Origin: Bdellovibrionales bacterium
GTDB lineage: Bacteria > Bdellovibrionota > Bdellovibrionia > Bdellovibrionales > JAGQZY01
Length of the DNA stretch: 64,000 bases
Assembly: GCA_041739665.1 (NCBI GenBank)
Contig: JBGSNK010000108.1
Location: 3,918-67,917, forward strand
Direction of reading: 5' to 3'
Shown: in pieces, positions 44,232 through 53,345 of the stretch
Position numbering within the stretch: position 1 is the stretch's first letter
Layout: each line of letters opens with the position of its first letter
Made by a program: the position numbers and the translations under genes
The notes under the pieces: model-generated
Told to the model about the DNA's origin: nothing
Databases searched by the model: none
The model's input: only the letters and a program-made list of their open reading frames with translations

Positions 44232-46010
44232 ATGAATCAAACTAAAAATTTAACCAAAAAACAAAGGGAAGAATTAGAAATTCTTCGGCTCTTTAACGAA
44301 GGTGACAAAGAAGAGCAAAAAAAAGCTGGTGAGTTTGCCTCGCTGTTTGAAGAGGCGGTCAATGAAAATGATATTAAGCCTGGTGACACGGTCACAGGAA
44401 AGATTGTGGAAGTGCAATCCGATTATGTTCTTGTTGATATCAATTACAAATCTGAAGGTTTAATCCCTCTCAGCGAATTTCGTATGGTCGAGGGTGGTGA
44501 TGAAATCAAGCCCGGCGAAACTGTCGAGGTTTATGTAGATAAAATCGAAAATGATAACGGCATGATTGTCCTTTCAAAAGAGAAGGCCGACATGATGCGT
44601 GCTTGGAATGACATTTCAAGAGCGGCCGAAAATGAAGAACATATTGAAGGAACCGTGATAGCTAAGGTCAAGGGTGGACTCAGTGTGGATATCGGAGTGA
44701 AAGCCTTTTTACCTGGCTCTCAGATTGATCTTCGTCCTGTTCGTAATATGGACATCTTTATTGGCAAAAAGTATAAATTCAAAGTGATCAAGTTCAACAA
44801 AAAGCGTGGCAACATCGTGCTTTCTCGTCGTGCTCTTCTTGAAGAAGAGAGAGAAAGCCTGAGAAGCCAAACTAAAGATCAAATGAAAGAAGGCAGCCGT
44901 GTTCAGGGTATCGTGAAGAACGTGACCGACTACGGTGCCTTTATCGATCTTGGCGGCATTGATGGATTGCTTCACATTACAGATATGAGCTGGTCGCGTA
45001 TTAAACATCCCACAGAAGTTATCAACGTGGGTGACGAGATCGATGTCGTTGTACTGAAGTACGATACCGAAAAAGAGCGCGTCAGCCTTGGCTTGAAGCA
45101 ATTGACCGAAGATCCTTGGATGGATACGGCAGGTCGCTTCCCTGTAGGGACACGGGTCACGGGCAAAGTTGTCAGCTTAACTGATTACGGCGCCTTCCTT
45201 GATGTTGGTGAAGGTGTTGAAGGTTTGATCCACGTCAGTGAGATGAGCTGGACAAAGCGTGTGAAGCACCCCTCACAAATCGTGAATGTGGGCGACGAAA
45301 TTGAAGTTGAAGTTCTTGCTCTCGACGAAGAAAACCGTCGTATCAGCTTGGGCATGAAGCAACTTCAACCCAATCCTTGGAACGAACTCAAAGATGCTTA
45401 CCCTCCTGGAACTATTATTGAAGGTGAGGTGAAATCTGTAACCGACTTTGGTGTCTTTATTGGTATTGAAGAGGGGATCGATGGAATGGTTCATATTTCT
45501 GACTTCTCTTGGACCAAGCGCGTGAATCACCCCAACGAGGTTTTCAAACCAGGCGATAAAGTTCGCGCCGTTGTTTTAGGTGTGGATATTGAAAACGAAC
45601 GTTTTAGCTTGGGCGTGAAGCAGCTTGATGCTGACCCTTGGACACAGGTGGACCAAAAATTCCAGATCGGTACAATGCACGAAGTGAAGGTGACAAAACT
45701 CGCTGATTTTGGTGTATTCGTAGAACTTGCTGACGATATTGAAGGTCTTGTTCACATCAGCGAACTTTCCACAAAGCGTGTGGGAAGCCCCGATGAAGTT
45801 TGCAAAGTGGGTGACATGATTAAAGCCGAAGTTATCAGCATCGACCAAGATGCTCGAAAAGTTGGTTTGAGTGCTCGTTTGGCCACCTTGCGTGAACAGA
45901 ACGCCGATGTTTCGGAATATGCTCGTAAAACGGCGAAACCAAATGCCACAATCGGTGACTTGTTTGCCGATCAACTTAAAGACTTGCAACAAAGCGGTGA
46001 TAATCAGTAG
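44232..46010 (+). CDS. rpsA: 30S ribosomal protein S1 (six S1 domains)
   Basis: Repeated ..G.V..V.D.GAF(V/I)D(L/V)G..(D/E)G(L/M)(I/V)H(I/V)S(E/D).. units, six times. Confidence 0.95.
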   Translation: MNQTKNLTKKQREELEILRLFNEGDKEEQKKAGEFASLFEEAVNENDIKPGDTVTGKIVEVQSDYVLVDINYKSEGLIPLSEFRMVEGGDEIKPGETVEVYVDKIENDNGMIVLSKEKADMMRAWNDISRAAENEEHIEGTVIAKVKGGLSVDIGVKAFLPGSQIDLRPVRNMDIFIGKKYKFKVIKFNKKRGNIVLSRRALLEEERESLRSQTKDQMKEGSRVQGIVKNVTDYGAFIDLGGIDGLLHITDMSWSRIKHPTEVINVGDEIDVVVLKYDTEKERVSLGLKQLTEDPWMDTAGRFPVGTRVTGKVVSLTDYGAFLDVGEGVEGLIHVSEMSWTKRVKHPSQIVNVGDEIEVEVLALDEENRRISLGMKQLQPNPWNELKDAYPPGTIIEGEVKSVTDFGVFIGIEEGIDGMVHISDFSWTKRVNHPNEVFKPGDKVRAVVLGVDIENERFSLGVKQLDADPWTQVDQKFQIGTMHEVKVTKLADFGVFVELADDIEGLVHISELSTKRVGSPDEVCKVGDMIKAEVISIDQDARKVGLSARLATLREQNADVSEYARKTAKPNATIGDLFADQLKDLQQSGDNQ

Positions 46011-46038
46011 CTTTTTGTAAGATACGGGGCTCAATGAA

Positions 46039-46061
46039 GCCTTTCTAGGAATTAGAAAGGC
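46039..46061 (+). terminator. Hairpin after rpsA (weak terminator/attenuator)
   Basis: GCCTTTCTA-ggaat-TAGAAAGGC, with only a short T stretch following. Confidence 0.35.
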
Positions 46062-46067
46062 CTTACG

Positions 46068-46652
46068 TTGAGCCCTTTTGCGTTTTCTCAGGGGTTTATG
46101 AATAAAAAGTCAGCAGAGAAACTACAATCTGATATCTGGCCCGACGAGAGAGATCTTTTCGAAAGACCCGAGCGTCTCAAGTACGTTCGTAAACTTGTCA
46201 AACCCAAAGGCTGTGTTTTTTGTTGGGCCCGTGACAATTGGAAAAATCCTCTGAGTCTTGTTCTAATGCGCACCCGCAACTTAATGGTGATTCTTAATAA
46301 GTATCCCTACAACAATGGTCATTTGCTTGTTTTGCCTAAAAAGCATGTGGCCGATTATCATAAACTCTCGGACAAAGATTTGGCTCAAATGCAAATTCTG
46401 ACCAAACACTCCATTAAAATTCTTGAGAAAGTTTATCAGCCGCAGGGGTTTAATATGGGCATGAACCTTGGAAAGGTGGCGGGAGCTGGGATACCTGATC
46501 ATTTGCATCAACATTTGATTCCACGCTGGGGCGGAGATACGAATTTCTTTCCGCTTATTGCTCAGACAAAATTGGTTGTTGAGACAGTGGAGCAAAGTTA
46601 CAATCTTTTGAAACCACATTTTGAAAAACTGGAGAAAAAAGGTGTCTTTTAA
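46068..46652 (+). CDS. HIT-family nucleotide hydrolase/transferase
   Basis: Histidine triad ..IPDHLHQHLIPRW.. ATG 46098 is an alternative start. Confidence 0.8.
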   Translation: MSPFAFSQGFMNKKSAEKLQSDIWPDERDLFERPERLKYVRKLVKPKGCVFCWARDNWKNPLSLVLMRTRNLMVILNKYPYNNGHLLVLPKKHVADYHKLSDKDLAQMQILTKHSIKILEKVYQPQGFNMGMNLGKVAGAGIPDHLHQHLIPRWGGDTNFFPLIAQTKLVVETVEQSYNLLKPHFEKLEKKGVF

Positions 46653-47052
46653 AATTGAGCTCGATCATATTGGTATTGCCACGCCCAGTTTAAACAAGTC
46701 CGACTTTTTCAAGATTCTCGGGCTTCCAGAAAGAGGCATAGAAGAGGTCCCGACGGAAAAAGTGAAGGTGGGCTTTTATGAGACTCTCAATCAAGCCACG
46801 ATCGAACTCCTTGAGCCTACCTCACATGAAAGTCCCATTGCCAAGTTTTTGGATAAAAGAGGGGCCGGCATACATCATATTTGTTTCCGTGTTCAAGAAA
46901 TTGATAAAATAGTTGCCCACCTCAAAGCCCAAGGTGTTCAGTTGATTAACGATGAGCCTCGTCCAGGAGCTCACAACTGTCGGGTGGTATTTGTCCATCC
47001 TCGTTCGACGGGCGGAGTTCTTGTAGAGCTGAGCGAAAGGAATTCTGAATGA
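46642..47052 (+). CDS. mce: Methylmalonyl-CoA epimerase (VOC/glyoxalase fold)
   Basis: ..LDHIGIATPS.., ..IELLEPTSHESPIAKFLDKRGAGIHHICFRV.., ..GGVLVELSE.. GTG 46642 has GGAG 7 nt upstream and is preferred to TTG 46621. Confidence 0.75.
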   Translation: MSFKIELDHIGIATPSLNKSDFFKILGLPERGIEEVPTEKVKVGFYETLNQATIELLEPTSHESPIAKFLDKRGAGIHHICFRVQEIDKIVAHLKAQGVQLINDEPRPGAHNCRVVFVHPRSTGGVLVELSERNSE

Positions 47053-47843
47053 GAGGTGGCGGCGGCAGCAGCCCTGGTAATATGCAGCTTCAGGTTGTTC
47101 CTATTAGCCCTTGGGTTAAGAAACTGATAATTCTCAACGTGGGGATCTGGTTTTTTTTGCAGGTGATACTTGAGGGACTGATTTTAGGCCAAGGAGCGAT
47201 TTCGGCCTTTTTAAGTCTGACTCCAAAACTCACTATCGAGTACTTTTTTATCTGGCAACCCTTTACCTATATGTTTCTTCACTCGAAAAGTGTTTTTCAT
47301 ATCTTATTCAACATGATCTCGCTGTGGTTTTTTGCTTCCGAGCTTGAGTATCGTTGGGGCGGTAAGGCCTTTCTTAAATATTATTTTATTTGTGGTGTGG
47401 GAGCTGCCCTCATCTATTTGCTAGGTGTTGTTGGGGTTGGATTTTTTCAGGGGCAAGAACCCTTTGTGTACGGAATTCCAGTTATTGGGGCCTCTGGAGC
47501 TGTGTTCGGCATCCTTTTGGCTTATGGAATATTGTTTGGTGACAGGGTGATTTACTTTTTTGGGGTCTTTCCAATTAAAGCTCGCTATTTTGTCATGATC
47601 ATTGGAGCCATCGAAGTGGTCTCTTTGCTGAACTCGGGCTTGGGAGGCTCTCAGGTGGCCAATTTAGCCCATATAGGTGGCCTCATTTCGGGTTATATCT
47701 ACTTGGTGGTCTGGACTAGATTTCAGCAGCAACGCTGGCGTGGGGCTAAAAAGTCCAAGGGTAGACGCAAATTAAGATTAGTGGTAAACAATGCAGACGA
47801 GAAAAAGTCCGACGATTCCGACGGACCTAAATATTGGAACTAA
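47049..47843 (+). CDS. Rhomboid-family intramembrane serine protease
   Basis: Catalytic ..GASGAVFG.. and ..AHIGG.. within about 6 TM helices. Confidence 0.8.
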   Translation: MRGGGGSSPGNMQLQVVPISPWVKKLIILNVGIWFFLQVILEGLILGQGAISAFLSLTPKLTIEYFFIWQPFTYMFLHSKSVFHILFNMISLWFFASELEYRWGGKAFLKYYFICGVGAALIYLLGVVGVGFFQGQEPFVYGIPVIGASGAVFGILLAYGILFGDRVIYFFGVFPIKARYFVMIIGAIEVVSLLNSGLGGSQVANLAHIGGLISGYIYLVVWTRFQQQRWRGAKKSKGRRKLRLVVNNADEKKSDDSDGPKYWN

Positions 47844-47877
47844 TAGGTTTGTCCCCAGAGAAAACCAAGGAGATTAA

Positions 47878-48141
47878 ATGTCCTATCTACAGAAACAAAT
47901 GAATTTTTTGAGATTTGATAAAAGACTCCTCGAACTAAATATTAAGTCTGGCGTTATCAGCCAGGAAGAATACGATCAACACCTTCAATCTTTGCAAGAT
48001 ATGGAAGGCCGTTCTGAAAAACTAAGATTGTCGAATGACACTAAAAAAGAAGATATGAACGGAGCTGGTTCTCAGAATTCTGAGGCATCCTCTCTAACGA
48101 CACATTCGCCAGCAGCTGATCCTTTTGGTTCGGGCTACTGA
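47878..48141 (+). CDS. Small hypothetical protein (87 aa)
   Basis: AAGGAG lies 5 nt upstream of the ATG. No motif recognised. Its 3' end overlaps the fliL 3' end by 7 nt (convergent). Confidence 0.55.
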   Translation: MSYLQKQMNFLRFDKRLLELNIKSGVISQEEYDQHLQSLQDMEGRSEKLRLSNDTKKEDMNGAGSQNSEASSLTTHSPAADPFGSGY

Positions 48142-48677
48142 AGCACAAACCTAGAGAAATAAACATCTTTAATAAAACTCTGATTCAGTTGTCCATTTAA
48201 GGCAACTGTGATCTCGTCCTTTAAGAATAGTTTGCCTTGTATGGTTTGAAGCTCGTTAAACTTCTTGCCATTTAAAATGGTCACAATTGTATCCCGAGCA
48301 TGAGCTCCCATAGAGACAACTTCTTCGAAACCGTTTTCATCCAACATTTCTAATGTGACTTTGACCTGAACGATCCGTTCGCCCCCATCCGCTAGATTCA
48401 CAGTAAAGGGCTCCAGGGAATAAGTGATCGGCTTTCCTTGAAAGATTTCTTCGTTATAGAGAAGCTCTTTGGCCTTTGCCTCGCGAACAGACTTGGGTGT
48501 TAAGCCGAAGGTACCTAAGTAGGCCAAATAGCCACCCAAACCCATTGCCACAAGGTTCATGACAATCAACAAATGCGGAAGAGATTTGAAAATAAAATTC
48601 AATGAGAATTTCTTTTTCTTTGGCCCTTGCGCTTGATCTTTTGGCGCTCGCTCTCTGTCTTCCATTTCTTCAGCCAC
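48135..48677 (-). CDS. fliL: Flagellar basal-body-associated protein FliL
   Basis: GTG start with GGGAGA upstream. Single TM helix, then ..YSLEPFTVNLADGGERIVQVKVTLEM.., typical of FliL. Confidence 0.75.
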   Translation of the reverse strand: MAEEMEDRERAPKDQAQGPKKKKFSLNFIFKSLPHLLIVMNLVAMGLGGYLAYLGTFGLTPKSVREAKAKELLYNEEIFQGKPITYSLEPFTVNLADGGERIVQVKVTLEMLDENGFEEVVSMGAHARDTIVTILNGKKFNELQTIQGKLFLKDEITVALNGQLNQSFIKDVYFSRFVLQ

Positions 48678-48724
48678 AGCTGTCTCCCTTGTGCCGTATA
48701 CATTCTATAATGGGTACAAGATAG

Positions 48725-48752
48725 ATATCGGACCAAAGGTCTAAGACATTAA
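48725..48752 (-). promoter_or_regulatory. Weak sigma-28 (FliA)-like promoter candidate upstream of fliL
   Basis: Minus strand TTAA-16 nt-TCCGATAT versus the consensus TAAA-N15-GCCGATAA. Confidence 0.2.
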
Positions 48753-48930
48753 GCCAGTCGAGGACTTTATGTCTCGTTATGGGAAAGTTGACTGAGAAGT
48801 TAGCTTTGTTATTTGAAATGGATAAGAAATTGACAAAATATCTACTTTTAAATTGGAATACCTTGCTCCGCCAAAAAGCTATATCAACGACACAATAGTT
48901 ATGAATTGGGTTGAAGTCAGTTGGGTTTTT

Positions 48931-49698
48931 TCAGCGACCCTTTCGACGATGGTTTTTAAACCAAATATAGACACCAAGAGCCGCTAGCACGAGGGCAGTT
49001 AGAAATAAAATGTTAGATACAGGATCGGATTCAGAATTTTCATCGATCACATCGACGCCGTCGAGCAGATTTTCGGGTAGCTGTATAGAGCGCGAGAGAA
49101 CTTGATTGCCCAATTCCTTTTTACTTACTTTAGAAATTTCGCTGGCCGTCATTTTGAGACTTTTGATAGAGTTAAAGAATTGGGCAGAGTGATTCGTATA
49201 ATATTTTTTATGGGCACTAAAAGTCACGAGTACTGCTATTTGATCTTTAATTGTCGCCAAATAACGAGTGTAATAATTTGGAAGCTCACTACTCAGATGC
49301 ATCCCATCTACCCACTTTTGTTGCCCAATTTTGACTCCCTTGGCATGAACAACTTGAGATTGTGTTGTGTTAGAGTTATTACGCTTTAGGGGTAGAGGGT
49401 TCTTTAAATATTTGAGATAAGAGGCCATAGTATCAAGCGGGCTGACTTCCTTAGCTGCGAGTATAATAAGTGCTTCTTGAAATTTTTTTATCTGCTGGAT
49501 GCAAGCCCGGCTTTTTTTGTTGCTTTCACAACTTTTAGAAACGCGATGACGACAGATCCATGCTGTGTCTAAGAGTTCGCAGGTCCATTGGTCGGGCATT
49601 TCGAATTTGATATATGAATTTTGGAAGACCTTTGCGTTAGTCTGTAAGGCCCAGGTCATTGTAAAAAAAATAATAAAGTTCAAATGCCAACGCAACAA
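48931..49698 (-). CDS. Secreted, C-terminally membrane-anchored hypothetical protein (tandem paralogue 1)
   Basis: TTG start 2 nt after the upstream stop. ..KVFQNSYIKFEMPDQWTCELLDTAWICR.., 4 conserved Cys, C-terminal TM helix plus basic tail. Confidence 0.6.
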   Translation of the reverse strand: MLRWHLNFIIFFTMTWALQTNAKVFQNSYIKFEMPDQWTCELLDTAWICRHRVSKSCESNKKSRACIQQIKKFQEALIILAAKEVSPLDTMASYLKYLKNPLPLKRNNSNTTQSQVVHAKGVKIGQQKWVDGMHLSSELPNYYTRYLATIKDQIAVLVTFSAHKKYYTNHSAQFFNSIKSLKMTASEISKVSKKELGNQVLSRSIQLPENLLDGVDVIDENSESDPVSNILFLTALVLAALGVYIWFKNHRRKGR

Positions 49699-49700
49699 AG

Positions 49701-50501
49701 TTAACGCCGCCCTTTAAACCAAATAAAACCACCAAGCGCCGCTAAAAGTAAGGCTCCTAAAACTAAGTAGACTTCAGAACCAGAACTCGGGGAATTTTCG
49801 CCATCAAAATTTTCGTTGCCAATTTCATCCAATGCCGTATTGAGGTGAGCCCCTATATTAACTCCCAGTGTGCCAACATTTTTGTTGTTCAGTTCGTTTT
49901 TACCGACTGTAGACGACTTTGTGGCAATCACACGCAAAGACTTAATGGCTCTAAAAAACTCGTTACTGTATTTGGTATAAAAAAGTTTATGAGCACTAAA
50001 GGTTACAAGGACAGAGATATTTCCTTTAATTGTGGCTAAGTAGCGGGTGTAGTAGTGGGGTATTTCACTGCCCAAGTGCATTCCATCAATCCATTTATGT
50101 TTTTCGACACTAATTGTTTTGACGTGAATTATTTTTGAATTCGATCGTTTTCCATTTTTTAAGATAATTGGGCGTGGTTCTTTAAGGTGATCGTAGTAAG
50201 CATTAAAAGAATCTTTGGGTCCTACTTCTTTAGCGGCGAGAATGATAATAGCTTCGCGTGCTTTTTTTCGTTGTTCTTCACAGGTGGGGCTACTTGAGTT
50301 GGGGCCTAAACAATTTTTAGAAATGGCATAGCGACAGACCCATGCTGTATTCTCAAGATAACAATCCCATTTATCTGGTAATTCAAAACTAAGATAGGAG
50401 TTTCGGAAGACTTTTGCATGAGCCATCTGTGGCACAAAGGCGCTTAAGAATAAATTAAAAAAAAGGAGCCAGATGCAGTGTTTTTTAATAGATGTGTACA
50501 T
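49701..50501 (-). CDS. Secreted, C-terminally membrane-anchored hypothetical protein (tandem paralogue 2)
   Basis: Signal peptide ..VPQMAHA. ..KVFRNSYLSFELPDKWDCYLENTAWVCR.., ..YYTRYLATIKG..VLVTFSAHK.. is shared with paralogue 1. Confidence 0.65.
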   Translation of the reverse strand: MYTSIKKHCIWLLFFNLFLSAFVPQMAHAKVFRNSYLSFELPDKWDCYLENTAWVCRYAISKNCLGPNSSSPTCEEQRKKAREAIIILAAKEVGPKDSFNAYYDHLKEPRPIILKNGKRSNSKIIHVKTISVEKHKWIDGMHLGSEIPHYYTRYLATIKGNISVLVTFSAHKLFYTKYSNEFFRAIKSLRVIATKSSTVGKNELNNKNVGTLGVNIGAHLNTALDEIGNENFDGENSPSSGSEVYLVLGALLLAALGGFIWFKGRR

Positions 50502-50573
50502 AGCAACATATTAACAAATGAACAGTTTAAACGTCATACCAAATCCGGTCTGGGTCCAGTTCAATATGCTTTT

Positions 50574-52292
50574 CTAAAAGAGGTGGTTTCTAAGGTGCAG
50601 TTCTTCGGCAAGATCAACAGCTTCACTGGCATTGATGACTCTACCAGAAGCCACAACAGTCGTCAGTTGTGAATCTCGAGAACCCGATCGCATTAAAATT
50701 TCTTTAATTTCTTCACTGGTAATATTGGGATTGGCTTGTATCATTTGGGCCACAATTCCAGAAACAATGGGGGCCGCCATCGATGTGCCTCCAGAAGGGA
50801 CATAATCAATAGCTAGTGGATTCATTGTGGCTAACGAGTGAATAGGTTCCTTGGAATCGCCCCCAGGAGCGGCGACGTGAACTTGGTCTGGACTATAGTT
50901 TGAATAACTGGTGAGTTGATTATCAGAGTCGACAGCAGCCACATTGAGGACATTGGGTACATCCATTTCACCAGGGTAAATATCAATTCCAGGAAGACTA
51001 AGGTCCAGCCCATCATTGCCCGCTGAGCTGACAAAAATCACATTTTTAGAATGGGCATAGAGGATGGCCTCTTTGAGTGAGTCGAGATGACTGTCGAGTC
51101 TTTGCATGGAGGCATTGATCACATGAGCCCCGTTGTCCACGGCATAGTATATGGCAGCAATTATACTACCAATGTCGCCTCCGCCAGCGGCATTGAGAAC
51201 CTTGAGGGGCATTATGAGAGCAGATTGTGCCGATCCGACTCTTTGAGCACTGACAAGGCCAGCGACATGAGAACCATGCCCCTGGTCATCAAAAGGCAGA
51301 TTGTCGTGATTGACGAAGTCCCATCCTAAGAAGTCACCATTGTAACCATTCTTGTCGTTGTCCATTTCTGAATTCGTTTCATTTGGATTGATAGCTAAAT
51401 TATTTTGTATGGCGGGGTGGTTGTAGTGAAGACCTGTATCTAGAACTGCCACAACGATGTTTTTGCCAGTGGATTTTAGCCAGGCTTTTGGGGCCTGAAT
51501 CTGTTCTAAATGAGCAAAGCCAATATCCGAGACTTTTTGTGTGCTTGGGCGCAAATCAGTTTCAACATCAGGATTATGAGTGACCAAAAAACGAATCATT
51601 TTTAGACCACAAGCGTGGTTGGAGTCTTGAGCCACTAGAATAACTTGATAGGTACCCACACTATCGGGTTTGAGTTCAAATTCTTCACTGATTTGGGGTT
51701 GATTTAATGGAAGAGCTGAGAGTTTAGGTGGAATCACATCCCAAATCAGTTTTAAGGATTGCGTGTTGTCACTCAGTTGGCTTTCTGAGCCAGAAAAGCG
51801 AACGGACTGTCCCAATTCCATTGTCACCGATTGTGAAAGTGTGTTGGATGCTAAAGAAATTGTGGCAACAGGTTTGAGCGGTTTCTCAAAATCACATCCC
51901 TCTAAAGCTTTCGGCAAGTTGTTTTGAGAGTTTGTAGATTTATTAGCTATGATACTTTGATAAATTCTTTGTGCTCCCGATAGTTTATCCTCCTCGACCA
52001 TGTTGTTGAGGTAAATATTCTTTTCAATCTTGAGAGAGGGTGCTCTTTTTTGAATCGCTTTTTTTTCGAGCCCGTGGACTTCGTAAATGTTGTGTTTTTT
52101 ACTGATCACGCGGTAAGAAGTGCTGGACTCCAAAATGGGTCCCACTTCTTGGGGCTGTCCACTGACAATATACCCCGTTTCCTTTTGATTTTGCGGAGCA
52201 CGATGGTCCGCTTTTGGTGCCCCACAGGCTGTGAGAGCGAATACAAGTCCCCAATAATAAGGCCGTAGTCCTATGGCCATTTCTCCCCCCAT
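50574..52292 (-). CDS. Subtilisin-family (S8) serine protease, lipoprotein-type signal
   Basis: Asp ..VAVLDTGL.., His ..GHGSHVAG.., Ser ..GGTSMAAPIVSG.. N-terminal ..LVFALTACGAP. The N-terminal ~270 aa is a non-catalytic region. Confidence 0.9.
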   Translation of the reverse strand: MGGEMAIGLRPYYWGLVFALTACGAPKADHRAPQNQKETGYIVSGQPQEVGPILESSTSYRVISKKHNIYEVHGLEKKAIQKRAPSLKIEKNIYLNNMVEEDKLSGAQRIYQSIIANKSTNSQNNLPKALEGCDFEKPLKPVATISLASNTLSQSVTMELGQSVRFSGSESQLSDNTQSLKLIWDVIPPKLSALPLNQPQISEEFELKPDSVGTYQVILVAQDSNHACGLKMIRFLVTHNPDVETDLRPSTQKVSDIGFAHLEQIQAPKAWLKSTGKNIVVAVLDTGLHYNHPAIQNNLAINPNETNSEMDNDKNGYNGDFLGWDFVNHDNLPFDDQGHGSHVAGLVSAQRVGSAQSALIMPLKVLNAAGGGDIGSIIAAIYYAVDNGAHVINASMQRLDSHLDSLKEAILYAHSKNVIFVSSAGNDGLDLSLPGIDIYPGEMDVPNVLNVAAVDSDNQLTSYSNYSPDQVHVAAPGGDSKEPIHSLATMNPLAIDYVPSGGTSMAAPIVSGIVAQMIQANPNITSEEIKEILMRSGSRDSQLTTVVASGRVINASEAVDLAEELHLRNHLF

Positions 52293-52373
52293 GTTTTAAA
52301 GCCTTCCCCAAGGCTTGGTGCATAAAAACCATGAAAGTCTTGCCAGTGTAAAGTTTTCTTTTTGTTGAGATTA

Positions 52374-52390
52374 CATAAGCAAATGTTATG
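52374..52390. promoter_or_regulatory. Candidate LysR-type T-N11-A dyad in the divergent promoter region
   Basis: CATAA-gcaaatg-TTATG (contains AT-N11-AT). It lies between the protease gene and the LysR gene. Confidence 0.3.
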
Positions 52391-52427
52391 ATCTTGTAAG
52401 CTGCTGAAAATATTGCTATGGTGCCCT

Positions 52428-53345
52428 ATGAATTTCCAACAACTCACTACATTTTGTACTGTCCTCATTGAAGGAAGCATGACGGCTGCAGCTGAAAAGC
52501 TTTACCTGACTCAGCCTGCGGTGAGTCAACAAATTCGAAATCTGGAAGATGAGCTCAATGTGGAGCTTCTTGTCAGGGGCTCCAGACAAGCCAAAGCCAC
52601 TGCCCAAGGACAAATTCTTTACGACTATGCCAAACGCATTATTGCTCTTAACGAGCAGGCTCAAGTGGCTATTCAAACCATTGGCGAGGCCATTCAGGGG
52701 ACTCTGAGAATCGGAACTTTAAACTCTTTGGGCCTTTATATCATCAGTCCTGTCGTTGGCTTATTTTTAAAGCACAATTCGAAATTGAACATTAAACTCA
52801 ATTACGAAGACGGATTGACTTTGATTGAGCAATTTCAAAATGACCAACTGGATGTCATCATTCTGCCGGATGCGGAAGCCGAGTATCAAATAGCACTTCA
52901 GAACGCCGATAAAAGACTTTTAATGAAAGATGAAATGTGGCTGGTTGGAACAAGTAAAGATAGTAATGTTCCAACAGAAATTTCTATGGCTAACTTGGGT
53001 AGTAAACCCATTGTCAGACTCTCAGAAAGATTTCCGAGCTTTCAAAACTCTCTGAATAAGAAACTTGAAAATGCCACTTCCGATATCACGCCTGTTTTTG
53101 AGACCACAAACGTGGGAACCATTAAGCGTGTCATTGAGTCAGGACTGGGTTGGGGTTTTCTACCTGCTCATAGTATTCGTAAGCATGTGCGTGCTGGCCG
53201 CATGTCCGCTATTCCTATAGTGGACTTTCAGTACCCTATGAATGTTCAGTTCTATTCTCGTAAAGACTCTGGCGAAGACAAACTTCGCGTTTTTGATGTT
53301 TTCTACAGAGCTCTTTTGCAGCAGATTCAAAACAAAACAATTTAA
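52428..53345 (+). CDS. LysR-family transcriptional regulator
   Basis: MNFQQLTTFCTVLIEGSMTAAAEKLYLTQPAVSQQIRNLEDEL.. HTH plus a substrate-binding C-terminal half. Start moved to ATG 52428. Confidence 0.88.
   Translation: MNFQQLTTFCTVLIEGSMTAAAEKLYLTQPAVSQQIRNLEDELNVELLVRGSRQAKATAQGQILYDYAKRIIALNEQAQVAIQTIGEAIQGTLRIGTLNSLGLYIISPVVGLFLKHNSKLNIKLNYEDGLTLIEQFQNDQLDVIILPDAEAEYQIALQNADKRLLMKDEMWLVGTSKDSNVPTEISMANLGSKPIVRLSERFPSFQNSLNKKLENATSDITPVFETTNVGTIKRVIESGLGWGFLPAHSIRKHVRAGRMSAIPIVDFQYPMNVQFYSRKDSGEDKLRVFDVFYRALLQQIQNKTI

Noticed and set aside
45576-46034. 152-aa minus-strand ORF (and others at 44709-45101 and 45273-45530)
   Set aside because: It is antisense to rpsA, which has six clear S1 domains. 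This is typical shadow-frame noise.
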